This document shows positions 27,105 through 36,443 of a stretch of DNA of 45,460 nt, piece by piece. How positions within the stretch are numbered: the first letter of the stretch is position 1; the number at the start of each line of letters is the position of its first letter. The notes below the pieces were generated by a model, which ran no database searches, was not told the origin of the DNA, and was given only the letters and a program-made list of their open reading frames with translations. This stretch comes from an uncultured bacterium (lineage in GTDB: Bacteria; Electryoneota; Electryoneia; Electryoneales; Electryoneaceae). Both the position numbers and the translations under genes were made by a program. The stretch covers positions 18,555 through 64,014 of the forward strand of contig CAYOKT010000004.1 of NCBI GenBank assembly GCA_964404605.1, given 5' to 3'.

Positions 27105-27958
27105 GCAGGACGGCGGGGGTCGGGGTACCCCGGGGCCGCCGTCTTCGCCGCCAAAGCGCCGAAAAGCAGGGCGACCAGGACGGCGGCCCCGGCATCCGGC
27201 AGCCTTGGCATGGGGATCCACCCGCCGCGTGCGAGCAGCCACTGCAGGAGACTCGCGGCGAGCGCCCCGGCCGTTCCCCCGAGGAACCCCGCCGCCACCC
27301 CGGCGAAGAGGAACGGCACCCGCACCTGGGCGGCGGTGCCGCCCACGAGGACCACGGCGCGCGCCCACGCCCGGGCGGAACGGCCCGCCACACGGAAGGT
27401 CTGCAGGGTGAAGATGAGGGCGAGCAGCCCGACCCCGATCACCAGCGCCAGCAGTCTCCCGCCCCACCGTGAAGCGATGCCCTCCATCCGGGCGAGAAGC
27501 TCCCCTTCATAGGTTACTTCATCAACCTCCGGCCGGGTTTCAATCTCCGCCGCCTCCCGGGAGAGACTCTCGACGGAGAGCGAGGCGGGATCATAGTGGA
27601 TCACCAGGGAAGCGGGCAGCGGATTCTCCCCGAGCAGGTCGAACAACTCCCCGCCATATTCCCTCGCGAAGCGTTCGGCCGCCTGCTTCTTGTCGATGAC
27701 ATCCACCGCGATCACCCCGGGGCGGGAGCGGACCCATTCGGCCAGGGCCGGGGCCTCCTTCTCGAACCCGGGACGGAGGAACGCTTCCAGCTCGAAGCGC
27801 GAGAGGAGCTCGGCGTGCGCCTGCGACAGCGCCCTCTGGCCGCCGCGCAGCGAGAGGCCGAAGAACGTGAGGACGGCGAGCATGGCCACGGTGAGCACCC
27901 CCGCGATCCCGGCGCGGCGCAGCACCGCGAACCCCTCCCGGAGAACGAAGGCGATCAT
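27101..27958 (-). CDS. ftsX: Cell division permease FtsX
   Basis: N-terminal TM, periplasmic domain with LGENPLPASL, VLVGGT..VRVPFL and C-terminal TMs; directly downstream of ftsE. Confidence 0.85.
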   Translation of the reverse strand: MIAFVLREGFAVLRRAGIAGVLTVAMLAVLTFFGLSLRGGQRALSQAHAELLSRFELEAFLRPGFEKEAPALAEWVRSRPGVIAVDVIDKKQAAERFAREYGGELFDLLGENPLPASLVIHYDPASLSVESLSREAAEIETRPEVDEVTYEGELLARMEGIASRWGGRLLALVIGVGLLALIFTLQTFRVAGRSARAWARAVVLVGGTAAQVRVPFLFAGVAAGFLGGTAGALAASLLQWLLARGGWIPMPRLPDAGAAVLVALLFGALAAKTAAPGYPDPRRPA

Positions 27959-27959
27959 C

Positions 27960-28616
27960 CTACCGTCCCTCCACCAGGCGGCCGCGTTCCAGCCTCACCC
28001 GCCGCACAGGGTAGCCGTTATACCGTTCCGGGTGATTGGTCGCGATCAGGAGGGAGGTCCCGCGATGATGGATGCGGGCGAGGAGTTCGACGATGCCGTC
28101 CGCCGTCGCTTCGTCCATCATGGCGAGGGGCTCGTCCGCGATCAGCGCCTCGGGCTCGGCGACCAGCGCGCGGGCGATGGCGAGGCGCAACCGCTCGCCA
28201 TGACTGAGCTGACGCGGCTGCAAGTCGAGGTGCCCGTAAAGCCCCACGCGATTGAGCACGCGCAAGGCGGCCGTTTTCGTCTTCGCCCGCGGCCAGCCCC
28301 GCACTTCCCCGACGAGGGTCACATTCCGGTAGACATTCCGGTCATCGACCAGGGAGAGGTCCGCGTCCACGATACCGAGCTGACGGCGCATCCCCGGCAG
28401 GTCTTTCGGGCGAAGGGAGGAGAGGCGGTAATTTCCGACCACCACCTCCCCGCTGTCCGGGCGGTCATCGGCGTACACCATGCGCAGGAGAGTCGTCTTG
28501 CCCGCCCCCGCCGAGCCGACGAGGACCACCCAGTCCCCCTTCTCCACGCGGAGTGAAATATCCTCGATGCCCCGGCCGCGGGGGAAATGCCGTGAAACAC
28601 GAATCAATTCGATCAT
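27960..28616 (-). CDS. ftsE: Cell division ATP-binding protein FtsE (divergent motifs)
   Basis: GSAGAGKTTLLRMVYADDRPDSG, LPGMRRQLGIV, DRNVYRNV, ALIADEP; paired with ftsX. Confidence 0.82.
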   Translation of the reverse strand: MIELIRVSRHFPRGRGIEDISLRVEKGDWVVLVGSAGAGKTTLLRMVYADDRPDSGEVVVGNYRLSSLRPKDLPGMRRQLGIVDADLSLVDDRNVYRNVTLVGEVRGWPRAKTKTAALRVLNRVGLYGHLDLQPRQLSHGERLRLAIARALVAEPEALIADEPLAMMDEATADGIVELLARIHHRGTSLLIATNHPERYNGYPVRRVRLERGRLVEGR

Positions 28617-29401
28617 GAAGGAACCGCGACGATATGCACTCGATCGCTTTCCTCGCTGCCGGGCATGAAGCTCATGCCGTCATACACGGAGAGGAGACGG
28701 AACCCCTGGTCCTCGAGCATGTCGACCATCTCCAGCACCGGCCAGATGCGCTGCTGGTGGTGCTCGATGTAGCACTCCTTCTCCCCGTCGGGGTACAGCT
28801 CGAACACGTTGTGCTGGATACGTTTCTTGGGATCGTAATTCGAGCGGCGGATGAAGTACCCCCCGGTGATCTTGTCCTGGTCCTCGTAGCCGGTGAAATT
28901 GGTGAGACTGTTCTGCTCGGTGCTCAGGTCGAAAATGAACATCCCCTCGTCCTGGAGGGTGAGACGGACGGCGGTGAGAAAGAGGTTCACATCATCCACG
29001 GTCATCAGGTAATTGACCGAATCGTAGAGGCAGAGCACCATGTCCTGGTTGTCGAGGGGCGGCTTTTTCCGCATGTCCCCGACATAGAAGTCGATCACCT
29101 TTCCGCGGAGCATGGAGGCGCGGCGGGCGCGCTCCACCATCTCCCTGCTGCCGTCCACCCCGACCACGTGATACCCGCGGTCGGAAAGATGCATCAGCAG
29201 TTTCCCCGTCCCGCAAGCGAAATCGAGGATGGAATGGTACTGCTTGTGGTAGTATTGGGTGATTCGCGTGATGTACATGGACCACTTCAGGTAGTCCACG
29301 TGGGTCATCACTTCATCGTACCATTGCGCGAGAGCGGTATAGGGCTCCACTTCCACGCGCACCCGCGGGCCGGGATCGAATTTGGATCGCAACAATGTCA
29401 T
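28613..29401 (-). CDS. Class I SAM-dependent methyltransferase
   Basis: YTALAQWYDEVM..VDY..W, ILDFACGTG, GVDGSREM, CLYDSVNYL; start trimmed to ATG 29401. Confidence 0.9.
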   Translation of the reverse strand: MTLLRSKFDPGPRVRVEVEPYTALAQWYDEVMTHVDYLKWSMYITRITQYYHKQYHSILDFACGTGKLLMHLSDRGYHVVGVDGSREMVERARRASMLRGKVIDFYVGDMRKKPPLDNQDMVLCLYDSVNYLMTVDDVNLFLTAVRLTLQDEGMFIFDLSTEQNSLTNFTGYEDQDKITGGYFIRRSNYDPKKRIQHNVFELYPDGEKECYIEHHQQRIWPVLEMVDMLEDQGFRLLSVYDGMSFMPGSEESDRVHIVAVPS

Positions 29402-29602
29402 CGCTCGTTCCAACCCAGGTTGACGATCAGCGCCCGGGGCGACGACACTCGGGCCTCTCCCCGGCAAGCTCCGCCGCCGGCCGAAGCGCTCGATCTCTCC
29501 ACCGGCGGTGGGGATGAACAAAGTTAACAACCGGTGAACCGCCACGCCGCCCCACCCCCCTCCCCGGCAGGGTGTACGGCGGCCGGACGCGGGCTTTCGC
29601 TG

Positions 29603-30403
29603 TCATCCAGCCGCGGGCGGCGTGGAATCCAGCCGAAAGAGCCGCACCGCGTTCTCCGTGGTCGCCACCGCCACCGCCTCGAGGGAAATGTTACGTGTTT
29701 CGGCATGCACCGCCGCAATATAGGGAAGGAAAGCGGGTTCGTTCTCGCGTCCGCGCCGCGGAACGGGGGCCATGAACGGGCTGTCCGTCTCGAGCAGAAG
29801 CCGGTTCAGCGGCACCCGGAGAGCCACCCGCGGCCGGTCCGACTTGCGAAAGGTCAGGTTCCCGGTGAAGGAGAGATAAAACCCGCGCCGGAGGACCTCT
29901 CCGGCGGTTTTCGCGGAGCCGGCGAAGCAGTGGAAGACCCCGCCGGGAGCGTTCAACCCGTCGTACTCTTCTTCCGCAAGAACCTCGAGCAGCCGCTCGC
30001 CGGCCTGGCGGTCGTGGAGCACCACGGGCTTGCCGATGCGCTTCGCGATCGCCAACTGGGCGCGCAGAAAAGCCTCCTGCACCGCCCGCGGACAGTGGTC
30101 GCGGTAGAAGTCCAGGCCGATCTCCCCCACCGCCACGCAGCGCGGATCGCGGGCCAACCGCTCCACGGCGGCGAGGTCGCCCTCGCCCGCCTCGGCGGCG
30201 TCGTTGGGATGAATCCCCGCGGCGAAAAAGACACCGGGGTACCGGCGTGCATGCTCTCGTGCGCGGCGGGAGCTTTCGAGGTTCGTCCCCAGGTCGATGA
30301 TTCGGCTCACCCCCGCCTCGCGGGCGCGCCGGACGATCTCCTCCACCCGCCCCTCGCAGGTCGGCCAGGTCAGGTGGGCGTGAGTGTCGATCATCTCAAC
30401 CAT
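29603..30403 (-). CDS. tatD: TatD-family metal-dependent DNase
   Basis: IDTHAHL, AGIHP, VGEIGLDFY, LHDR, FHCF, LLETDSPFMAP. Confidence 0.95.
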   Translation of the reverse strand: MVEMIDTHAHLTWPTCEGRVEEIVRRAREAGVSRIIDLGTNLESSRRAREHARRYPGVFFAAGIHPNDAAEAGEGDLAAVERLARDPRCVAVGEIGLDFYRDHCPRAVQEAFLRAQLAIAKRIGKPVVLHDRQAGERLLEVLAEEEYDGLNAPGGVFHCFAGSAKTAGEVLRRGFYLSFTGNLTFRKSDRPRVALRVPLNRLLLETDSPFMAPVPRRGRENEPAFLPYIAAVHAETRNISLEAVAVATTENAVRLFRLDSTPPAAG

Positions 30404-30476
30404 TCCGCCTCCCGGAGAGACAACAGGTGCAACCCGCGACCCCTTTCGCCTGTCTTATGGTCGGATGGAGGATACG

Positions 30477-30707
30477 ATGCATGATACACGTGAACACCCA
30501 ATGACCCGTTTCCCCGAGATACTCGACCTGCTGCGCGCCGAGGGCATCCCTTTCCGGCTGTCCGATCCCGGCGGGGCGGTGACGCTCCGGGAGGTGGAAA
30601 CATCGCCGGACACCCTGCGCCGGCTGGGATTCCGCGTGGGTAAGGGCTTCGGGTCCATCCGTTACCTGGTCTACTTCGACGGCAAGTTCTGCGGCGTGAT
30701 CCGGTAA
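30477..30707 (+). CDS. Small hypothetical protein (76 aa)
   Basis: GGAGG RBS at 30467-30471 before ATG 30477; fills the gap between tatD and the ABC exporter; protein-like composition. Confidence 0.55.
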   Translation: MHDTREHPMTRFPEILDLLRAEGIPFRLSDPGGAVTLREVETSPDTLRRLGFRVGKGFGSIRYLVYFDGKFCGVIR

Positions 30708-30831
30708 AGCCGGACTCGCGCAACTCCGTTTCCCGAGTGACAGCCGCACCCCTCCAGTGGCTGTCGGCCCACCCGCGGGATTCGGGCGCCGCCCGGATAG
30801 GACATCCGGGCGGTTTTCTCGTCCCCGACGA

Positions 30832-32655
30832 TCATTCCCCGACCTGCATCTCCCACACCTCGCGGTAGAGACGGCTCTCCGCGAGCAGGGTTTCGTGCGT
30901 CCCCTCGGCGAGCAGCTCTCCCTTCTCGAAGAGGAACACCCGGTCGGCCCGGGTGATCGAAGCGAGGCGGTGGGTGGCGGTGATCACCGTACGGCCGGTC
31001 CCGACCTCGTCGAGGGTGCGCTGGATCTCCTCGGCGACATCGCTGTCGAGGGCGGAGGTGGGTTCGTCCAACAGCAGAATCGGCGGGTCCGACAGGAGGG
31101 CGCGGGCGATGCTGATCCGCTGCCGCTGCCCGCCGCTCAAACGCCCGCCCAGGTCGCCGAGGGAAGTATCGTACCCCCCGGGCAGCGCCTGGATGAACTC
31201 GTGCGCCTGCGCCTTTTTCGCCGCCTCGACGATCCGTTCGCGGGGGCAGTCGGGGCAGGCATAGGCGATGTTCGCCGCCACGGTGTCGTGGAAGAGCACC
31301 ACCTCCTGGGTCACGATGCCGAACAGGCGCCGCAACTCGGCGATGCGGAGTTCACGGAGATCCCGGCCGTCGAGGAGGATGCGCCCCTCCGACGGGTCGT
31401 AGAACCGCGGCAGCAGGTTCAGCAGGCTGCTCTTGCCCGAACCGGAGCGGCCGACGAGGACGACCTGCTCGCCGGGGTGGATCGCCAGGGAGACATCCTT
31501 CAGGGCGGGCGGGCGATCCGGCTGGTACCGGAGGGTGACGTGCTCGAGGCGGAGTTCACGGGTGAACCCGCTTACGGGCAGGGCGCCGGGCGCCTCCCGC
31601 ACCTCGTCGCGCGCATCCATCAGCTCGAAGACCCGCCCCGCCGCGCCTTCCGCCACGCGCAGGTTCGCCCCCACCTCCCCCAGGCTGACGAGGGGTTGCA
31701 GGAGGCCGAACAGCAGGACGAGGAAGCGGACGAAATCCCCCGGCTCCAGCCACGCCCCCGACAGCACCCTTCCACCGGCGACGAGGAGAATGCCCGCGAT
31801 CACGAAGATGCCGACCATCTCCTCGATCGGTGGGATGGCCCGCCGCATCCGCTCGCGCCCGAGGGCCTGGCGGAAGTGCTCGTCCGTCGCACGCTGGAAG
31901 GCCTCCTTCTCGTACTCCTGCCCGCCGTACGCCTGCACGATGCGCATCCCGTAGAGGGCTTCGTTCAGCCTCGCGACCACCTTGCCGACCCGTTCCTGCG
32001 TCCTGCGGGCCTTGCGCTTCAGGCTTTCGCCCGCCAGCGCGACCAGCAGGGCCGAGAGCGGGGCGATCAACAGCGCGGCGAGGGTCATCTTCCAGGAGAT
32101 CGCGAGGAGAAGAAGCAGGAAGAGGAGAGCGCTGAAGGGGTCGCGGAGGAGCTTGCCGAAGCTGTCGGCGAGCCCGGCGTTGAGGGTCGCGATGTCATTC
32201 ACCGCCGCGGCGACGAGATCCCCGCTCTTGCGCTGGTGGAAGAACCCGAGGTCCTGCCGGAGCAGGTTCGCGTAGAGATCGTCCCGCATGGCCTTCGCCA
32301 CGCGCTGTTCGATGGACGCGGAGAGAAGGGTTTGAACATAGAGGGACAGGTTCTTGATGAAGAACGCCCCGACGATGAACAGGATCGCATTCCGCAGGGT
32401 TTGCAAGCGGTCTTCCGCGAGCACGAGCTGGGCGCTGTAATGCTTCAGGGTCTCCGCGATCGCGCCGGGCGCCCAGGGGTTTTCCGGCAGCGCCGGCACG
32501 GTGAGGGAACCGCTGAAGAGCGCCTGGAGGAAGTCCGCGGCCAGCCACAGGCCGACGCCGGAGAAGGCCACGAAAAGCAGGCTGGCCGCCACGCCGGCCG
32601 CGACCCGCCAGGCATGGGGACGGACATATCGCAGATATCGCAGGAAAAACGACAT
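30832..32655 (-). CDS. ABC transporter ATP-binding/permease protein, MsbA-like exporter
   Basis: TM domain fused to an NBD with GRSGSGKS, LSGGQRQRISIARA, LLLDEPTSALD, THRL; start trimmed to ATG 32655. Confidence 0.92.
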   Translation of the reverse strand: MSFFLRYLRYVRPHAWRVAAGVAASLLFVAFSGVGLWLAADFLQALFSGSLTVPALPENPWAPGAIAETLKHYSAQLVLAEDRLQTLRNAILFIVGAFFIKNLSLYVQTLLSASIEQRVAKAMRDDLYANLLRQDLGFFHQRKSGDLVAAAVNDIATLNAGLADSFGKLLRDPFSALLFLLLLLAISWKMTLAALLIAPLSALLVALAGESLKRKARRTQERVGKVVARLNEALYGMRIVQAYGGQEYEKEAFQRATDEHFRQALGRERMRRAIPPIEEMVGIFVIAGILLVAGGRVLSGAWLEPGDFVRFLVLLFGLLQPLVSLGEVGANLRVAEGAAGRVFELMDARDEVREAPGALPVSGFTRELRLEHVTLRYQPDRPPALKDVSLAIHPGEQVVLVGRSGSGKSSLLNLLPRFYDPSEGRILLDGRDLRELRIAELRRLFGIVTQEVVLFHDTVAANIAYACPDCPRERIVEAAKKAQAHEFIQALPGGYDTSLGDLGGRLSGGQRQRISIARALLSDPPILLLDEPTSALDSDVAEEIQRTLDEVGTGRTVITATHRLASITRADRVFLFEKGELLAEGTHETLLAESRLYREVWEMQVGE

Positions 32656-32736
32656 GGCGCAATATACGGAAGCGGGCGCCTGCCGCACCGCCGCGAACCG
32701 CGGGAACCCGCGCCCGCAAACGGCGGCCGGACAGCC

Positions 32737-33510
32737 CTACCGGGCGGCGCCGCGCCCCGGCGCGTTCAACAACCGCTCGCTGTCGAGAAGGCTAAGGCTT
32801 TCCAGCGGCGGCCAGCGGTCGAACGCCTCCCGGTAGGCCGCATCCAGAACGCGGCTGATCTCACCGGGTTTCCCGCCGGCCAGGCGGAGACGGCGCGCGC
32901 GCTCATAGTCGCCCTGCGCGAGAGCGCTCATCGACTTCCACGAGCCGAGCCCCATCCGCAGGCTCCCGCCCCCCCGTGGAGGAGAGGCGAAGAGGGTCCC
33001 GGAGCGGGGGGAGAAGTACACCGCGTCGCCCGGCTCCCCCTCGATCTCCAGTTGCAGGCCGTAACCGAGGTGCTGCAAGGCCCGCAGCCGGAAGCGCAGA
33101 AAGAGATTGACCGCCTTCTCCCCGCTCCGGGCGAGGGCGCGCAGGTATTCCACGGTGTCGGTGAAGAGTTCCGGGTAGGCCTCCTCGCCGGTCAGCGTTC
33201 GGCCGAGGACCTCGAGGGCGGCCTGCGCCCAGGCGAGGCGCTCCAGGTCGTCATGGATCGGCCCGAAGGTTTCCAGCAGCGACACATCGCGCAGCAGTTG
33301 CAGGTCCGAACGGGTCGAGGGCGCCCAGACGAACTCGAGCAGGGTGACCGGCACAAGGGGCACCGGCGCTCGTTTCCCCCCGGCGCGCGCTCCCTTGGCA
33401 ATGAAAGCGACGCGGCCTCGCTCCCGGGTGAAACCATGAACGACGAGGCTGGTGTCGCCCTGGCGGAACCGTCGCAACACCAGCGCCTCGCTTTTAATCA
33501 ATTTCACCAC
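32737..33510 (-). CDS. recO: DNA repair protein RecO
   Basis: SEALVLRR..GDTSLVVHGFTRERGRVAFIAKGAR OB-fold N-terminus, F.LR.L..LGY; start at GTG 33510 or 33507 behind GAGGA. Confidence 0.88.
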   Translation of the reverse strand: MVKLIKSEALVLRRFRQGDTSLVVHGFTRERGRVAFIAKGARAGGKRAPVPLVPVTLLEFVWAPSTRSDLQLLRDVSLLETFGPIHDDLERLAWAQAALEVLGRTLTGEEAYPELFTDTVEYLRALARSGEKAVNLFLRFRLRALQHLGYGLQLEIEGEPGDAVYFSPRSGTLFASPPRGGGSLRMGLGSWKSMSALAQGDYERARRLRLAGGKPGEISRVLDAAYREAFDRWPPLESLSLLDSERLLNAPGRGAAR

Positions 33511-33823
33511 GACTTCCTCACGGTTCGCTCGTCCTCCACCGCTCTTCCCCGCCGCCGCCGATATCGCTGCCCGGAAGGTAGTGCGCCGCCGCACCGGATA
33601 TCGAGAGACCCGGCTTGCAGAGCTGCAGGGGTTCGGCCCGGCGACACGGCGCCCGCGGCCGATCGATGGCCGTAAACCTGCTGAATCATGATACATGGGT
33701 CTGCCCAATGGAAAAGTGAATGGCCCGTCTTGCTTGCGAGCATCGCATGTGTTAGGTTTCATGGGTCTCAGCGATACGAAGGCGGATGAACCGGTAAGGG
33801 GTGGTCCCCGCGGACGGGAGAAG

Positions 33824-34111
33824 ATGCTGACGATCACGACGGAAGATAACACCCTCGTTCTCCAGGGCCGGTTGGACACGAGCACGGTGGACGATCTTCG
33901 CAGGGCGCTGGACAAGCTCTCCGGCGACATCACCGTCGACCTGGGGAAACTCGAATACATCAACAGCGCCGGGCTCGGACTCCTCCTCGGGGCGTATCAG
34001 CGTGTCAGCCAGGAGGGCGGATCCGTCCGAATCTTGAACCCGACACCCTATATCCGCGAATTGTTCTCCATCACCGGGCTCGACCACCTGCTCCTCGTCA
34101 ACCAGGATTGA
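33824..34111 (+). CDS. STAS-domain anti-sigma factor antagonist (SpoIIAA/RsbV-like)
   Basis: LQGRLD, VDLGKLEYINSAGLGLL (phosphorylatable Ser), ELFSITGLD; start at ATG 33824 behind GGGAG. Confidence 0.9.
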   Translation: MLTITTEDNTLVLQGRLDTSTVDDLRRALDKLSGDITVDLGKLEYINSAGLGLLLGAYQRVSQEGGSVRILNPTPYIRELFSITGLDHLLLVNQD

Positions 34112-34266
34112 CTTCGCAACCCTCCTTATGCACCTCTCCCCGCTGCTCCGGTTCACCGCGGGATGACCCCTCATGCTGACCCGGATAATCCCTGAACCCC
34201 TTGCAGCGCGCCACGTTCCGGGATCGGTCACATGGGAAGAAAACTCCAAAATTCCAAAAAGCCGTG

Positions 34267-34296
34267 TTGCATACCCCTGGTGAAACGGTGTAAGTT
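34267..34296 (+). promoter_or_regulatory. Putative sigma70 promoter upstream of the ExeA-like gene
   Basis: TTGCAT (34267-34272), 18 nt, TAAGTT (34291-34296), preceded by A-tracts resembling an UP element. Confidence 0.4.
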
Positions 34297-34433
34297 TGCC
34301 AGCTAAGACCGGTCCATTTATCCCCGGTTCCTCGTCCCACACCGGTCGGACTGTCGCAGGGGCTGTCGAATCGAAGCTGCTGTATGAACTCGAGGAATCC
34401 GCGCTTCAAAGTGCCATAGACCCGGAGTGGAGG

Positions 34434-35252
34434 GTGTATCTAAGTTACTGGGAGCTGAGGGAAAAACCCTTCGAGAACACGCCTGACCCCCGGTTCTTCT
34501 TCCAATCCCGCCAGCACCGTGAAGCGCTGATACGCCTGCTGTACACGGTATATGAAGCCAAGGGCGCCGCTCTGGTCACGGGGGAATACGGATGCGGGAA
34601 AACGACGCTGATCCGCACCCTGATCAACGAGATCGACCCGAAGAAGTATCACGTCGTCCTGCTGAACAACCCCCGTTGGAGTGCCGAGGACCTGCTGCGG
34701 GAAATCCTCTACCAGCTCGGAGCCGGCGAGCTGCCCGAGCGGAAGCGCGACGTCCTGAGTCAGATCAACGATCGGCTCTACCAGGTTGTCCAGGAGGGGC
34801 GTCACACGGTGGTCATCGTCGACGAGGCGCAGGTGATCGACGACCTGGAGACCTTTGATGAGCTCCGTATGCTGCTTAATTTCCAGTTCAACGACCGCTT
34901 CATGCTCTCCCTCATCTTTTCGGGGCAACCGGAACTGCGGCCGAAGATGCGCGAAATGCCGCAGCTTACCCAGCGCATCGCGGTGAAATACCATCTCGTG
35001 CCGCTGCACGCGGAGGAAACGGAACGCTATATTGATTACCGGCTGGCGCTTGCCGGGAGCATGCGGAACCTGTTTGACCAGGGAGCGACCGACTTGGTGT
35101 ACGAGTTCACGAAAGGTGTCCCCCGAACGATCAACAATCTCTGCGACCTTGCCCTGGCGCTGGCCGCGGGCAACCGACTCGAAGCGATCGATACGACCGT
35201 GATTCAGAATATCATCGACAGCGAGACGGCGGGAGGGGCATTTTCATGGTGA
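34434..35252 (+). CDS. ExeA/GspA-family AAA ATPase (cytoplasmic domain only)
   Basis: Y..YW.LREKPFENTPDPRFFF..HREAL, VTGEYGCGKTT, IVDEAQ, GQPEL, QRIAVKYHL, TKGVPRTINNLCD; start at GTG 34434 behind GGAG/GAGG. Confidence 0.9.
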   Translation: MYLSYWELREKPFENTPDPRFFFQSRQHREALIRLLYTVYEAKGAALVTGEYGCGKTTLIRTLINEIDPKKYHVVLLNNPRWSAEDLLREILYQLGAGELPERKRDVLSQINDRLYQVVQEGRHTVVIVDEAQVIDDLETFDELRMLLNFQFNDRFMLSLIFSGQPELRPKMREMPQLTQRIAVKYHLVPLHAEETERYIDYRLALAGSMRNLFDQGATDLVYEFTKGVPRTINNLCDLALALAAGNRLEAIDTTVIQNIIDSETAGGAFSW

Positions 35253-36424
35253 GGATGAAAGACGTTCTCCGTTCTGTGGACGAGGTTCAACGCCCCCGGC
35301 AGGGTGTGGCTCCCGGTGACGGTAGCGCCCCGGCCGTCGGGGAAGAGCCCCTGTCATTCCCCACCCTTCCAGCCGCCGCCGGAGCGGCCGCGGTCCGCCC
35401 GAGTCCCGCTCCTCCTCCCGTGACGGTGGAAGAGCCCGCGGAAAACCTGATACGGGAGGATGCCCTCCCGCCGACGGACACGGTTTCAGGCCGTGGTTTC
35501 GCCTCCACTCCCCCGCAGGCTGCCCAAGCGGCATCCGCGGCGAAGACCGACCTGTACAACGAAGCCACACAAACCGTCGAGGAACTCCTCCGCATTGCGG
35601 GCGCGCGGGAGCCATTCCACCTCGATGCCGTCGAGCGCCAGGCGGGGCGCTTCGTGAATTCGCTGGAGAAGGGCGATCAGTTGTTCATCCAGGCCCTCGC
35701 CGCCCGCCGGGTGGTCAACTCGATGGCGCAGCACTCGATCAACGTGGCGATCGTCGCGATCAAGATCGGCATGGGGCTGAAATACCCCCGCGAGAAGCGC
35801 ATCGAACTGGGCATCGCGGCGATGGTCCATGAGGTCGGGATGACCCGGGTTCCCCGTGAAATTCTCGACAAGCGGGGAGGGCTTTCGGCGAGCGAGTTCG
35901 AGGAGATCAAGAAACACCCCCTGCACGGCAGGGCGATCCTGGAACCCCTGCTGGACGAATATCCCTTCCTGCCGGAAGTCATCGCCCAGGAGCACGAGCG
36001 ATGGAACGGCAACGGGTATCCGTTCGGGCTGAAGGATGGTGAGATCCATGAATATGCGCAGGCGATCGGCCTGGCGGACACCTTCATCGCTCTCACCCAC
36101 CTGCGCCATTATCGCGATAACTTCATCGCATACAAGGCGATCCAGTCGATCATCGAGCGCCGCAATATCGATTTCTCCGCCAGGACCATCAAGGCGCTGA
36201 TCGAAGTGGTCAGCATCTTCCCGGTGGACAGCCTGGTCAAGCTGAACGACGGCTCCATCGCCCGGGTGATCAGCACGAATCCCGCCTTCCCGGTGCGGCC
36301 GGTCATCGAGATGATCGCGGATCCCCGCGGGGGGAGGCTGCCCTCCCTGAAGGAGATAAACCTATCCAACGAACCGATGATCTATATTGTCAGTCCAGTA
36401 CTCGATGAGGCTGCCTACGTCTGA
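35246..36424 (+). CDS. HD-GYP domain protein with degenerate metal-binding motifs
   Basis: HSINVA, HEVG (in place of HDIG), KKHP, QEHERWNGNGYPFGL, LADTF, FPVDSLVKLNDG..RPVI C-terminal domain; overlaps the end of the ExeA-like gene. Confidence 0.88.
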   Translation: MVRMKDVLRSVDEVQRPRQGVAPGDGSAPAVGEEPLSFPTLPAAAGAAAVRPSPAPPPVTVEEPAENLIREDALPPTDTVSGRGFASTPPQAAQAASAAKTDLYNEATQTVEELLRIAGAREPFHLDAVERQAGRFVNSLEKGDQLFIQALAARRVVNSMAQHSINVAIVAIKIGMGLKYPREKRIELGIAAMVHEVGMTRVPREILDKRGGLSASEFEEIKKHPLHGRAILEPLLDEYPFLPEVIAQEHERWNGNGYPFGLKDGEIHEYAQAIGLADTFIALTHLRHYRDNFIAYKAIQSIIERRNIDFSARTIKALIEVVSIFPVDSLVKLNDGSIARVISTNPAFPVRPVIEMIADPRGGRLPSLKEINLSNEPMIYIVSPVLDEAAYV

Positions 36425-36443
36425 GCACCGAAACAAGAAGGGT

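Noticed and set aside
30757-33675. 972-aa plus-strand ORF
   Set aside because: Antisense shadow of the MsbA-like exporter and recO; no motifs; long stop-free antisense frames are expected at this GC content
33511-33963. N-terminal extension of the RecO ORF
   Set aside because: Overlaps the divergent STAS gene and intergenic region; RecO similarity and the RBS begin at about 33510
33511-34433. c-di-GMP or other riboswitch in the intergenic regions around the STAS gene
   Set aside because: No recognisable GEMM or other riboswitch consensus found by eye; an Rfam scan would be needed
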